From the NCBI RefSeq assembly GCF_000009705.1, contig NC_003272.1, forward strand, positions 3,810,001 through 3,842,000: DNA of 32,000 nucleotides. Direction: 5' to 3'. Positions 19,371 to 29,700 of this stretch are shown piece after piece. The translations under genes and the position numbers were made by a program. Each line of letters opens with the position of its first letter. Position 1 is the first letter of the stretch. The notes under the pieces are model-generated. The model saw only the letters and a program-made list of their open reading frames with translations. It searched no databases and had not been told where the DNA came from. This DNA comes from Nostoc sp. PCC 7120 = FACHB-418. Lineage in GTDB: Bacteria; Cyanobacteriota; Cyanobacteriia; Cyanobacteriales; Nostocaceae.

Positions 19371-20414
19371 TCAATCAAAAGTAGAGGAATTACTTGGTTG
19401 CCACTTATCCAAAATATCCTTAAATAACACTTCTTGTATCCAAGTCTTGGCCACTACAGCTAGTGGTAAAGCCAACAGTAATCCTAACGCACCAAAAAGA
19501 GTAACAAAGACAATTTGCGCTGTTAAGGTAACAGCAGGTAACAGCGCTACTTGTTTTGCCATGATTGTTGGCGTGAGCCAATAACTTTCAACATTTTGAA
19601 TCACAAGATATAAAATTAAGACTGCCAAAGCTTTCCACGGCGCATCCAGAAAAGCGATCGCCATTGGCAAAAATACGCTCAAAGTTGGGCCAATATTGGG
19701 AATAAAGTTGAGTAAGCCTGCTAAAACTGCGTGAGCTAATGCTAATGGTACTTGTAAAATCCATAGCCCTAGTCCACTGAGGATACCAATAAATAACATT
19801 TCCATCAAAGCGCCAACTGTCCAATTACCCAAACCTGTCGCGCAACGCGTGAGAATTTCATCCACCCTATGGCGATAAAAGTTAGGAAAAAACCGGATAA
19901 AAACTCTGCGGTATGGTTGGGGATTCGCCAGCAACATTAAAGTTAGTACTATGACGAGTAAGGTTTCTAACAGTGCCGTTACCGAAGTAGAAAATAAAGC
20001 GATCGCCTGTTGTGTTAAACTCGTAACCCAAGGCTGTAGCTGTTCAAGTAGCCTATCGATATCGGGAATTTCTGGTAAATAACTATCTACAAGACGTTCT
20101 TCTAACCAGTTTATACCCTGTTGAATTTGATTTATACCAGTTGGTAAAAGCACCAAGAGTTGCCGGAACTCCTCGATAAATGGCGGCAAAATCAACAAGA
20201 AAGCGCTAACTAAAAATGTAACCACAATAGCCACACTTAAAAGGACTGCCCAAATACGTTTAATTCCAGCCAACTGCAACCGCAAAACCAGCTGATTAAT
20301 TGCTACTGCCAATACTACAGAAGTAAACAACAGCAGTACTAACTGACGAATTTCCCAAAGGATATAAAGTGAAATAACCAGTGCCAATAATCCTAACCAT
20401 TGCCCCAGTTTCAT
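19371..20414 (-). CDS. AI-2E family transporter (PerM/YhhT, UPF0118 permease)
   Basis: 347 aa with about 8 TM helices and a family-typical C-terminal half (...GLGNWTVGALMEMLFIGILSGLGLWILQVPLALAHAVLAGLLNFIPNIGP...). Its ATG overlaps the upstream ORF's stop (ATGA). Confidence 0.75.
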   Translation of the reverse strand: MKLGQWLGLLALVISLYILWEIRQLVLLLFTSVVLAVAINQLVLRLQLAGIKRIWAVLLSVAIVVTFLVSAFLLILPPFIEEFRQLLVLLPTGINQIQQGINWLEERLVDSYLPEIPDIDRLLEQLQPWVTSLTQQAIALFSTSVTALLETLLVIVLTLMLLANPQPYRRVFIRFFPNFYRHRVDEILTRCATGLGNWTVGALMEMLFIGILSGLGLWILQVPLALAHAVLAGLLNFIPNIGPTLSVFLPMAIAFLDAPWKALAVLILYLVIQNVESYWLTPTIMAKQVALLPAVTLTAQIVFVTLFGALGLLLALPLAVVAKTWIQEVLFKDILDKWQPSNSSTFD

Positions 20415-20707
20415 TTTGTCCGTCTCCTATGCTGTTGAGAATTTCGTCTCAAGTAGACTCCTACAAAACCTATAACAGCCGCAATAGTAAGTAAAATCCA
20501 AGGATTAAAGACAATCACAAAACCAGTACTCTGTTCATACTGCCAACGCAATAACCATAAAGCATCATTCCCAATATTGAAAGAAGGCACTCTCAACACA
20601 GACAACAATACAAGCAGCAACAACGCCAACGCATTCAAACCCACGAATGTTGATAAAGTGATTTTGCACCAAAGCCGGAAAAGATGATAGATTTTTTCTG
20701 TTGACAT
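20411..20707 (-). CDS. Small two-TM membrane protein of unknown function, translationally coupled to the permease
   Basis: 98 aa with two hydrophobic segments and a basic tail (RRNSQQHRRRTK). A 4-nt ATGA overlap links it to the downstream gene. I recognise no homology. Confidence 0.5.
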   Translation of the reverse strand: MSTEKIYHLFRLWCKITLSTFVGLNALALLLLVLLSVLRVPSFNIGNDALWLLRWQYEQSTGFVIVFNPWILLTIAAVIGFVGVYLRRNSQQHRRRTK

Positions 20708-20775
20708 ATTTTCTTTAATTTAAAATTAATATAGAAATCTGATTTGATTATTAAAATTATCTTAAGTATCTGTAG

Positions 20776-20792
20776 GGTGGGCATTGCCCACC
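20776..20792. repeat. GC-rich palindrome GGTGGGCA-T-TGCCCACC (small hairpin repeat)
   Basis: Perfect 8-bp arms. The left flank TGTAGGGTG is shared with the 11288 element. Confidence 0.5.
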
Positions 20793-21312
20793 ACAAGCAT
20801 GATACCCAGGTATATTTCAGAAATCAAATACCAGTCCTATACAAGATTTATAAATGTCTTGTTGTAGGTTTAAACAGTTAATTATTTATGCCATTTTACT
20901 GACAAACATAATATTTTCAGTTTGCCGTGGAAATGTGAATATAAAATGACCAATTGCTCCGTGATGGGATAAGCACCCAGATTCATCTGTGGGGTCAAAC
21001 CAATATCTAATATCCAAAATTGTTAGATGGTAAGTTTCAGCTAAATTTCAATTTTAGCTAGATGTGTCACTTTCTAGTCACATTTTTTTGTCATGCTCAA
21101 CACTAATCGTAATAAGGCGATTAACTGGCTACAAAAAACACTATTTATATCTTGAGAAGAACTTAATTATTTCCCATGATAGATGAAACATCATATAAAT
21201 ATTTTCATTTCATGAAAAATTAATTAGTGTTTTTTTATTTTTATAACCCCAGTTATATTCCTGCTTCTTTTACATTGTTTTATATCTAATTTTACCTTTT
21301 TAAAATTGCCCT

Positions 21313-22098
21313 ATGAATTTGGAGAGTCTTTTACACTGGATTTATGTTGCGGGAATGACAATTGGTGCATTGCACTTTTGGTCACTTAGTCGAAATCCGC
21401 GCGGTGTTCCCCAGTACGAATACCTTGTGGCGATGTTTATTCCCATTTGGTCGGGACTAGCCTATATGGCAATGGCAATAGACCAAGGTAAAGTTGAAGC
21501 GGCTGGGCAAATTGCCCACTATGCCCGTTATATTGATTGGATGGTGACAACACCATTATTACTGCTATCTCTTTCTTGGACAGCGATGCAGTTTATCAAA
21601 AAAGATTGGACACTCATTGGTTTTTTGATGAGTACCCAGATAGTTGTAATTACCTCTGGGTTAATCGCAGATTTATCTGAGCGCGATTGGGTGAGATATC
21701 TATGGTATATCTGCGGGGTTTGCGCTTTTCTCATTATTCTTTGGGGTATTTGGAATCCATTGCGCGCCAAAACCAGAACTCAAAGTTCAGAACTAGCGAA
21801 CTTATACGATAAGCTTGTTACTTATTTTACAGTGCTTTGGATAGGCTACCCAATAGTCTGGATTATTGGCCCTAGTGGTTTTGGCTGGATAAATCAAACT
21901 ATAGATACATTTTTGTTTTGTCTACTGCCCTTTTTCTCCAAGGTTGGATTTAGTTTTCTGGATTTACACGGCTTACGTAATCTCAATGATTCCCGCCAAA
22001 CTACTGGCGATCGCTTTGCGGAAAATACTTTACAGTTTGTAGAAAATATTACATTATTTGCTAACTCACGACGGCAACAATCACGCAGAAGAGTTTGA
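21313..22098 (+). CDS. asr: Anabaena sensory rhodopsin (ASR), a microbial type-I rhodopsin
   Basis: 261 aa. The sequence matches ASR as I remember it. The retinal Schiff-base Lys210 in LLPFFSKVGF is the AAG codon at 21940-21942. Asp75 lies in RYIDWMVTTP, Pro206 replaces the second carboxylate, and Ser86 sits at the BR-D96 position. Confidence 0.97.
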   Translation: MNLESLLHWIYVAGMTIGALHFWSLSRNPRGVPQYEYLVAMFIPIWSGLAYMAMAIDQGKVEAAGQIAHYARYIDWMVTTPLLLLSLSWTAMQFIKKDWTLIGFLMSTQIVVITSGLIADLSERDWVRYLWYICGVCAFLIILWGIWNPLRAKTRTQSSELANLYDKLVTYFTVLWIGYPIVWIIGPSGFGWINQTIDTFLFCLLPFFSKVGFSFLDLHGLRNLNDSRQTTGDRFAENTLQFVENITLFANSRRQQSRRRV

Positions 22099-22114
22099 TA
22101 TTAGGGGGTATTAA

Positions 22115-22492
22115 ATGAGTTTATCAATTGGACGTACTTGCTGGGCGATCGCTGAAGGTTATATTCCCCCCTACGGTAACGGGCCGGAACCTCAGTTCAT
22201 CAGCCATGAGACCGTGTGCATCCTCAATGCTGGCGACGAAGATGCTCATGTAGAAATCACAATTTACTATAGCGACAAAGAGCCAGTAGGGCCTTATCGG
22301 TTGACAGTACCTGCACGCCGCACTAAACACGTCCGCTTTAATGACCTGAATGACCCAGCACCGATTCCGCATGATACTGATTTTGCCAGTGTGATTCAAT
22401 CAAATGTGCCGATTGTTGTTCAACACACTCGCCTAGACTCACGACAAGCGGAAAATGCCCTGCTTAGTACTATTGCTTACGCTAATACTTGA
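22115..22492 (+). CDS. asrt: ASR transducer (ASRT), soluble 14-kDa beta-sandwich partner
   Basis: 125 aa (MSLSIGRTCWAIAEGYIPPYGNGPEPQFISHETVCILNAGDEDAHVEITIYY...). The gene starts 16 nt after the asr stop and is preceded by AGGGGG, consistent with an operon. Confidence 0.95.
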   Translation: MSLSIGRTCWAIAEGYIPPYGNGPEPQFISHETVCILNAGDEDAHVEITIYYSDKEPVGPYRLTVPARRTKHVRFNDLNDPAPIPHDTDFASVIQSNVPIVVQHTRLDSRQAENALLSTIAYANT

Positions 22493-22497
22493 TAACT

Positions 22498-23760
22498 CTA
22501 TTTCAGAGGTAATAACACTTGAAAAGTTGCACCTTGATTTACTGCACTGTGAACATTAATCTTACCGCCATGAGATTGGATGATTTGTTGGGTAATAGCT
22601 AATCCCAACCCAAACCCACCAGTCTTACGAGAACGCTTTTTATCTACCCGATAAAATCGTTCAAAAATGTATGGTACATCATCTTGAGGAATGCCAATAC
22701 CATTATCTACAACTTGAATTACAGCCCAATTTGACTGAGTAAATAACTGTAACTCCACCTGACCACCTTCAGGAGTATATTTACAAGCATTACTCAGTAA
22801 ATTGATGACTGCTTGACGGAGTAGATTAGCATCACCAAGAACGCTGACATGATGATTTGGTAGTGTGAAAAGTAACTTGATGTGTTGCGTTTCTGGATGG
22901 GGAAGAAAATCATCTTGGATTTGCAAAAGTAAAATTTTTAGGTCAACGGTTTGCAAAGATTCGATGGGTATGCGCCCTTGATAACGTGCTAAAAATAACA
23001 AATCATTGACCAGGATACTCATTGACTGGGCAATATCAAAAATCTTTTGTAGGCGCTGACGTTGGGTTTCTGGGTCAGTAGACTTTGTTAGTAAGCCATA
23101 CTGGGCATTACTGACAATAGCAGATAGAGGCGATCGCAATTCATGGGAAGCATCAGCCGTAAACCTTTGGAGATAATCGTAACTTTGGCGAATTGGTTGC
23201 ATCGCCACTCCCCCCAGCCACCAACCAGTCAAAGCAATAATTCCTAAAGTAATGGGGACTGAAATAGCCAAAACAAGCCGAAACTCCGCTAAAGCACCTT
23301 CCGTCTCTGTCAATGGCATTGCAGCCTGCATATAGCCAATTAATAAGCCATCCTGGTAAACAGGCAAAGTTACCCGACGTAACCATAACTCCCTATGAAT
23401 TTTAATAGTATTAAATCCACTAGCAACTAACAGGCGATCGCTCGGAGTTTCACCAAAAAACTGCACTAGTCGCTTCTGCTCATCATACCAACCTGCATAC
23501 ACTAATTGACTATCTGACAGTGGCTCTACCTTCGTTCCCAACAGAGGTACTTTGTCCAAATCTACCCTGCGTTGACGATTGTCCAGATCTGTCCTCACAC
23601 TCGCCGCCATCACGGTAGTTTTTTTATACAGTAATTGATCTAGTTCTTCTAACTCATCTATGACCTTCACATAATAGACCGCCGCCGCAAACACAACTAA
23701 AATACCCCCCATTGCGAGGGTGAACCAACTGGCAAGATTGCGACGACTGCGATTAAACAT
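22498..23760 (-). CDS. Sensor histidine kinase (two TM helices flanking a periplasmic/lumenal loop of about 130 aa, HisKA + HATPase_c), with no adjacent response regulator
   Basis: 420 aa with an H-box (FTADASHELRSPLS), an N-box (LLSNACKYT) and G-boxes (DNGIGI, GGFGLGLAI). Its stop codon lies only 5 nt from the asrt stop on the opposite strand. Confidence 0.85.
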   Translation of the reverse strand: MFNRSRRNLASWFTLAMGGILVVFAAAVYYVKVIDELEELDQLLYKKTTVMAASVRTDLDNRQRRVDLDKVPLLGTKVEPLSDSQLVYAGWYDEQKRLVQFFGETPSDRLLVASGFNTIKIHRELWLRRVTLPVYQDGLLIGYMQAAMPLTETEGALAEFRLVLAISVPITLGIIALTGWWLGGVAMQPIRQSYDYLQRFTADASHELRSPLSAIVSNAQYGLLTKSTDPETQRQRLQKIFDIAQSMSILVNDLLFLARYQGRIPIESLQTVDLKILLLQIQDDFLPHPETQHIKLLFTLPNHHVSVLGDANLLRQAVINLLSNACKYTPEGGQVELQLFTQSNWAVIQVVDNGIGIPQDDVPYIFERFYRVDKKRSRKTGGFGLGLAITQQIIQSHGGKINVHSAVNQGATFQVLLPLK

Positions 23761-23762
23761 AA

Positions 23763-23797
23763 TTGGTCAGTTGTTAGTTGTCAGTTGTCATTGGTTC
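23763..23797. repeat. Heptanucleotide tandem repeat (STRR-like), 5 imperfect units (TTGGTCA GTTGTTA GTTGTCA GTTGTCA TTGGTTC)
   Basis: The repeat begins 2 nt upstream of the histidine-kinase ATG (minus-strand units TGACAAC), so it occupies the position where a ribosome-binding site would be. Confidence 0.85.
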
Positions 23798-23941
23798 CTC
23801 TCCCCACTATAGAACCACCACCATTATCTACACTCTTCCCCCATTCCCTACCTTCACCTGTGTTTTTAAGTTGCCACACTAGTACAGATCAGCGTAATAA
23901 ACTACCTATTCCAAATCAACGAAACCCTTACTATATATTCA

Positions 23942-23969
23942 TTTTTAATTTTTAATTTTTAATTTTTAA
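23942..23969. repeat. Heptanucleotide tandem repeat, 4 exact units of TTTTTAA
   Basis: tttttaa x4, read directly from the sequence. Confidence 0.9.
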
Positions 23970-24073
23970 TTCCCCCTTACGGTACTAGTTTGGTCAACTG
24001 GTAAGGTATTGCGTTAAAATAAGCGATCGCAAACTTAATTAATTTAGTACCCGGATATTGGCCGGAGGTGTGA

Positions 24074-24373
24074 TTGACCAAGTTTATTTTAAAAATTCTT
24101 TGGCTAGACGAGAACGTTGCGCTGGCTGTTGATCAGGTGGTAGGCAAAGGTACTAGTCCTCTGACTAAGTATTTCTTCTGGCCTCGTAATGATGCTTGGG
24201 AAGAGTTGAAAAAAGAACTCGAATCCAAACACTGGATCAGTGATTTAGATCGCGTCGAATTGCTCAATAAGGCAACAGAAGTGATTAACTACTGGCAAGA
24301 GGAAGGCAGAAACCGTCCGATGGCAGAGGCTCAGTTAAAATTTCCTGAAGTTACCTTTACAGGTAGCGCTTGA
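24074..24373 (+). CDS. ycf65: PSRP-3 / Ycf65-like 30S ribosomal protein
   Basis: 99 aa. [54 protein letters not shown]...[14 protein letters not shown] is the conserved Ycf65 pattern. It uses a TTG start with GGAGGTG immediately upstream. Confidence 0.85.
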   Translation: MTKFILKILWLDENVALAVDQVVGKGTSPLTKYFFWPRNDAWEELKKELESKHWISDLDRVELLNKATEVINYWQEEGRNRPMAEAQLKFPEVTFTGSA

Positions 24374-24458
24374 TTTCATCACACTAGTGCAGGAAGGCGC
24401 TAAGCCTTCATACACTAACCGATTATCAAAAACTTTAGGGTAAAGGGTAGTATTGTTA

Positions 24459-24477
24459 CTGAGTACTTAGTACTCAG
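24459..24477. terminator. Short hairpin between the convergent ycf65 and kinase genes
   Basis: CTGAGTAC-tta-GTACTCAG has an 8-bp perfect stem. There is no flanking U-run on either strand, so terminator function is doubtful. Confidence 0.25.
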
Positions 24478-24496
24478 CAATCCTTACTCTTGCAAT

Positions 24497-26224
24497 TCAA
24501 TTTTGCTGTATTACAAGTTGCCACAATTTGATGGTCTTGTCCCTGCTGCTACTAGCAATCACTTGGGTAACAGGGTTAACAGCAACAGCACACACTGAGT
24601 CTAAATGACTGGCAAGAGTCACAATTTCCTCTGTTGTGCTTACCTTCCACAACTTAATGGTTTTATCCCAACTGGCACTAATCAGTGTTTTGTTATCGGC
24701 GGTGAAAGTCACTGCAACTACAGACCAGGAATGGCCTAAAAGAGTGGCAATTAGCTGACCAGTGTTGATATCCCACAATTTTATAGTATTGTCATCGCTG
24801 CCTGTTGCCAAAATTTTGCCATCTGGGCTAAATGCGATCGCCAAAACCGCCCTTGTATGTCCTGAAAGTGTTTTGATTAAGGTATATCTTGGGTGGTTTT
24901 GTGTTATCTGCCATAGGCGAATTGTTCTGTCAAAACTGGCGCTGGCTAGAATCTCTCCCTGGGGACTAAATGCTACTGCACTCACTTGTAATTGGTGTGC
25001 TTTGAGGGCATAAATTTCTTTACCAGTGGTGACATCCCACAGTTTGACTTGCTTGTCCCAACTCCCACTAGCGAGAATTTGCCCATTAGGGCTAAAACTT
25101 ACAGATTTGACAGGGTTTGTATGTCCATTTAAGGTGAAAACTTCACTAGATGTTGGCAGATGCCACAATTTGATAGTTTTATCGTCGCTAGCCGTGGCTA
25201 AAATTTCGCCCTGGGGACTAAAACTTACTGAGGTGACAGCCTGAGAATGTCCTGAGAAACAGGCGAGTAATTTTTGCGTATTTAATTCCCACAATCTGAT
25301 GATTTTGTCATCACCACCACTAGCCAGTTTATTCCCGTCAGGGCTAATGGCTAGGGAGTTAGTACTATATCCTGTGAGAGTATGTAGGCATTGCCACGGG
25401 GACGGTGGGGGTGGGTAATGTAGTATTTTGCCTTCTATACCCATTACCTGCATCACTTCATCTGCTGATTGAAAGCGTTGATGAACTGATTTTTGGATAA
25501 GTTTGTTGAGTATTTTGGTTAGGCGATCGCTTATCTTAGTTGTCAGGTATTGTTGCCACACCCAACAATCGTTAGCAATATCGAATAAATCAAAGGGCGA
25601 CACCAGGGTAAGTAAGTGGATGCAGGTCACCCCCAAGCTATAAAGGTCGCTGGCGAATACTGCTTGACCTGTGATTTGTTCTGGTGCAGCATACTCAGGA
25701 CTACCAACACCCTGTACATCAGTTATTTGGTCAGTCCTGGAGACAATCTGCACATGACCAAAATCCACCAATACCAAATTTGTAGAATCCGGTGTCAATT
25801 GTCGGATAATGTTTTCTGGTTTAATATCACCGTGGATCAATTGGCGATCGCTCATCAATTTCAGGATTGGCAATAAATTAGTTAAAAGTTGCCAGACTTG
25901 AGTTTCATGGAAAGCGCCTTCTTCTTGAACCACCTGCGCTAAACTAGCACCCGCAATAAATTCCTGCACAAAATAATAGTTATCTTGATCCCGAAAATAA
26001 GCTAATAAAGTTGGTAGCTGTGAATTTTGGCTTAATTGCTCAATATATTGAGCTTTTTGCTGAAAAGAATCTAATAATTGCTCATTATCATGTAATTTTT
26101 GCACAACATACGGGACTGGCGGAGATTGACATTCATCCACCGCAAAATAGGTTTGGCAAAATCCCCCTCGACTCATCAAATTTATTAAACGATAACGATT
26201 TTGTAAGAGATTTAAACTAGTCAA
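24497..26224 (-). CDS. Eukaryotic-type Ser/Thr protein kinase fused to a seven-bladed WD40 repeat domain
   Basis: 575 aa. Kinase motifs are HGDIKPENII, VDFGH and SPEYAAPE. These are followed by 7 repeats of the form GHxxxVxSVxFSPxGxxLASxSxDKTIKLW. The track start is a TTG; the first ATG (Met17) would truncate the glycine-loop region. Confidence 0.9.
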   Translation of the reverse strand: MTSLNLLQNRYRLINLMSRGGFCQTYFAVDECQSPPVPYVVQKLHDNEQLLDSFQQKAQYIEQLSQNSQLPTLLAYFRDQDNYYFVQEFIAGASLAQVVQEEGAFHETQVWQLLTNLLPILKLMSDRQLIHGDIKPENIIRQLTPDSTNLVLVDFGHVQIVSRTDQITDVQGVGSPEYAAPEQITGQAVFASDLYSLGVTCIHLLTLVSPFDLFDIANDCWVWQQYLTTKISDRLTKILNKLIQKSVHQRFQSADEVMQVMGIEGKILHYPPPPSPWQCLHTLTGYSTNSLAISPDGNKLASGGDDKIIRLWELNTQKLLACFSGHSQAVTSVSFSPQGEILATASDDKTIKLWHLPTSSEVFTLNGHTNPVKSVSFSPNGQILASGSWDKQVKLWDVTTGKEIYALKAHQLQVSAVAFSPQGEILASASFDRTIRLWQITQNHPRYTLIKTLSGHTRAVLAIAFSPDGKILATGSDDNTIKLWDINTGQLIATLLGHSWSVVAVTFTADNKTLISASWDKTIKLWKVSTTEEIVTLASHLDSVCAVAVNPVTQVIASSSRDKTIKLWQLVIQQN

Positions 26225-26735
26225 TTCCTATTCCCTATGACTTCGCTAAGTTAGTTTTGAGGTTGTGTAGTTAGCACTTTATTGCGACTATGAAATGGCT
26301 TACCCATCCTGTAATGTACTACTTGGGAAAAATCACTCCCTGGGTTTTTAGCTCATATTTTTGAAGAAATGTTACAGTTATATATAAAGTTTCGGTAAAA
26401 AATCTGACCGCATCTATCAAAAGGAGTAAAATTAACAAGAGTTAAATAATTTGCTTTGACAATTAACAATTTAGTGTTCAGCAATCACTGTATAATTAGC
26501 CCCGAACAACTATGTAGCTTTTAGTTTCGCATAGATGATCAAAGATTATTTCTCAGTGAAAACATTTTATGATTTGCAGGAATAGTTATTATTTATACAA
26601 GACTGAATAAGCAATTACCGCTATTCTAGATCGCTGGCGTACAAGCGTACAAACACTATCAAATAAAGTGTCAGAGCCTTTTACAGAAGTGGGTTTTCTA
26701 ATTAAACTTCCTCAGCAATTTACAAAAATCTGACA

Positions 26736-29700
26736 ATGGTTTTTACGCGTGGCAAAGTGTACAAAAATCATCTGAATCTTCAGAAAAGCAAAGGCTTTTC
26801 AACGCCAATAAAAGATTCTATCAGTGAATGCGAGGCTGCAAATTCAGGCTTTACACCAGAATTTCAGTCTTATGAAAACTCCATATTAGACTTGCAAGAA
26901 ATAATTAATTTATTAGCTGAAATCAACCCATTTCCCGTAGCAATTATTGGTTTAGAAAGCCATCAAATTTTATTTAAAAACAAGCTGATTGATAACCCGG
27001 TATTTCAGCAACTAATCCCCGATTTTTTGGCTGATTCAGATTTATGGACTCAGTTAAATAGCAAGTTAGCAAAGGGCGATTTTATCAGTAACTTGGTGCT
27101 AGAAATTAAAAGCAGCGATAAAACACCTTTTTTAGCAATAATTTCTGGCAAACTGGTTAATTATGAGCATAAACGAGCAGCATTCTTAGTATTTACAGAT
27201 GTAAATACCGTCACGGGAACTAGTGAGGAACAACAAAAAGATACATTAGGAAAACTAGAACTTAGCCATTTGATTGCTCATACGAGTGATAGCCGGCGAT
27301 TACCTACGATAGAACATAGTCCCTGGACTGCTCCCTCAAATTTGATGGAACAGGTGTTAGCTACTATTAGTAATGGGATTGTGTTGACAGATGCCAATCA
27401 ACCAGATAATCCAATTATCTATGTAAATCAAGCTTTTGAAACCATGACTGGCTACTCTGCCGGTGAAGTTATTGGGCAAAACTGCCGATTTTTACAAACT
27501 AATGAAACAGATCAGCCTGGTCTTTGGGAGTTACGTTCTGCTCTTCGAGAAAAGAAAGAATGCCATGTCATCATCAAAAATTTCCGTAAAGATGGCACTG
27601 AATTTTGGAATGAACTCTACATTGCACCTGTGTTTGATAGTTGTGAGCAGTTAACTCATTTTATTGGCGTTCAAAACGATATAACTCAACACCTACAGGT
27701 ATTAGAGACATTACAACAGCAAAAAGAACAGTATCGTCGCATTGTAGAAACGGCCAGTGAGGGAATTTGGCTACTCAATCAAAATAACGAAACTACCTTC
27801 GTCAATCAACAGATGGCGACTATGTTGGGTTACACAATTGAAGAAATGCTGGGTGCAAGCTTGTTTTCCTTTATGGATGCTGAAGGCTTGGATATGGCTC
27901 AAGACTTATTATCACAACGTCGGCAAGGCATTCAGGAGAAACACAAATTTAAATTCCGTTGCAAAGATGGCTCAGACTTATGGGCAATTATTTCCTGTAC
28001 GCCGTTATTCGATGAGCAAAGAAACTATACTGGCGCGTTGGGAATGTTGACTAATATTAGCGATGTCTACGACGAGCTGCGCTTACGCAAACAAGCAGAA
28101 GCTTCATTGCAAGAAAGCAAGGAACGTTTAGACGGAATTTTAAATTCCCTGGAAGCTGTAATTTGGTCAATTGCAGCAGATACGTTTGAGATGCTTTATC
28201 TCAATTCTGCTGTAGTTCAAGTTTACGGTCGTTCTGTTTGTGAATTTTACGATAACCCAAAGCTGTGGTTTGATCTGATTCACCCAGAAGACCAGCAAAG
28301 GGTGAGTCAATCAATCAAACCATTACTGGCGAATGGTAGCCACGAACTAGAATACAGAATCCTCCGGCAAGATGGACAGGTGCGCTGGCTTTATAACCAT
28401 AGTCATGTGATTTATGACGCTGTTGGTCAGCCAATTCGGATTGAAGGTGTTGCCACAGATATTACTGAGCGGAAAAACATGGAAGAGAAGCTAGTCTACC
28501 ATGCTTTTTACGATGACCTGACTGGGCTGCCCAACCGAGTTTTGTTTATGGATCGGTTAGCGCAAACCATCGATCAGGCGAAAGAATCCCCAAATGATTT
28601 ATTTGCTGTATTATTTTTGGATCTTGACCGTTTTAAAGTTGTGAATGATAGTTTGAGCCACTTAGTGGGTGATCAGCTACTAGTGAGTTTTGCTCAACGC
28701 TTACAAAGTTGCTTACAGCCAGAAGATACTCTGGCTCGTTTGGGTGGGGATGAGTTCACAATTTTACTATCTCACATTCAATCTATCGATGATGCAACCC
28801 GTATCGCTGAGAAAATTCATCAGGCACTCAAGTTACCATTTAACTTGAGCGGATATGAAGTATTTACAACTGTCAGTATTGGCATTGCTTTAAGCACAAA
28901 TGATTATGTCCAAGCCGCAGATTTGTTACGAGACGCTGATACTGCGCTTTATTGCGCCAAGGAGCAAGGTAAAGCTTGGCACATAGTATTTGATTCTACT
29001 ATGTATGACCGAGCAGTAGCTCTGTTGCAGTTAGAAACTGATTTACGTTGGGCGATCGCTAGGCAAGAGTTGTATGTTGTTTACCAACCCATTGTCTCAG
29101 TAGCCACAGGTAAAATTACCGGATTTGAAGCACTAGTTCGCTGGCAACACCCAGAAAGAGGACTAATCTCACCAGTCGAGTTTATTCCTGTAGCCGAAGA
29201 AACTGGATTGATTATTCAGATTGGTCAGTTTGTTTTGCGGGAATCTTGCCAACAATTAAAACAATGGCATTTAGAGTTTCCTGAGTTCCAACATTTGAGT
29301 ATAAACGTCAATCTTTCCGGTAAACAGTTTTCCCAACCATATTTAGTTGAGGAGATTGAGCAACTATTACAAGAATTTGACCTAGACCCTAGCAGCATCA
29401 AGCTAGAAATTACAGAAAGCGCTATTATGGCTAGTCCTGGACAAGCTGCTACCATTCTTCAACAATTAAAAACTCTAGGGATTCAGTTGTGTATTGATGA
29501 CTTTGGTACAGGTTATTCATCTTTAGCTTATTTACATTGTTTTCCCATTGATATTTTAAAGATTGACCGTTCTTTTACGAAGCGAATTGATAGCGATAGT
29601 GAGCAATTGGCAATTATCCGTGCTATTGTCACACTTGCTAGTAATTTGGAAATGAGTGTAGTGGCTGAAGGTGTAGAAACAGTAAACCAGTTGGTACAAC

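Noticed and set aside
19321-19824. ORFs 19321-19584(+) and 19588-19824(-) in the permease gene region
   Set aside because: The first is antisense to, and the second off-frame within, the AI-2E transporter gene. Neither has an independent signal.
21528-22399. ORFs antisense to asr (21528-21770) and asrt (22124-22399)
   Set aside because: They are nested opposite two genes whose products I recognise residue-for-residue. They are shadow ORFs.
24462-24475. AGTACTTAGTACT resembling the cyanobacterial LexA box (RGTACNNNDGTWCB)
   Set aside because: Spacing is 5-3-5 rather than the required 5-4-5, and the site lies between two convergent gene ends rather than in a promoter.
24762-25244. Two similar plus-strand ORFs (24762-25013, 25026-25244) with a repeating ...SSLPVAKI.P.GLK... 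pattern
   Set aside because: Their similarity comes from reading the antisense strand of consecutive WD40 repeats. They are not independent genes.
26491-26496. Perfect TATAAT upstream of the LOV gene, and TTGACA boxes in the CRISPR leader (29949, 30028), as called promoters
   Set aside because: No properly spaced partner element was found: 30 nt from the nearest TTGACA at 26455, and poor -10 hexamers after the leader TTGACA boxes. I did not annotate them as promoters.
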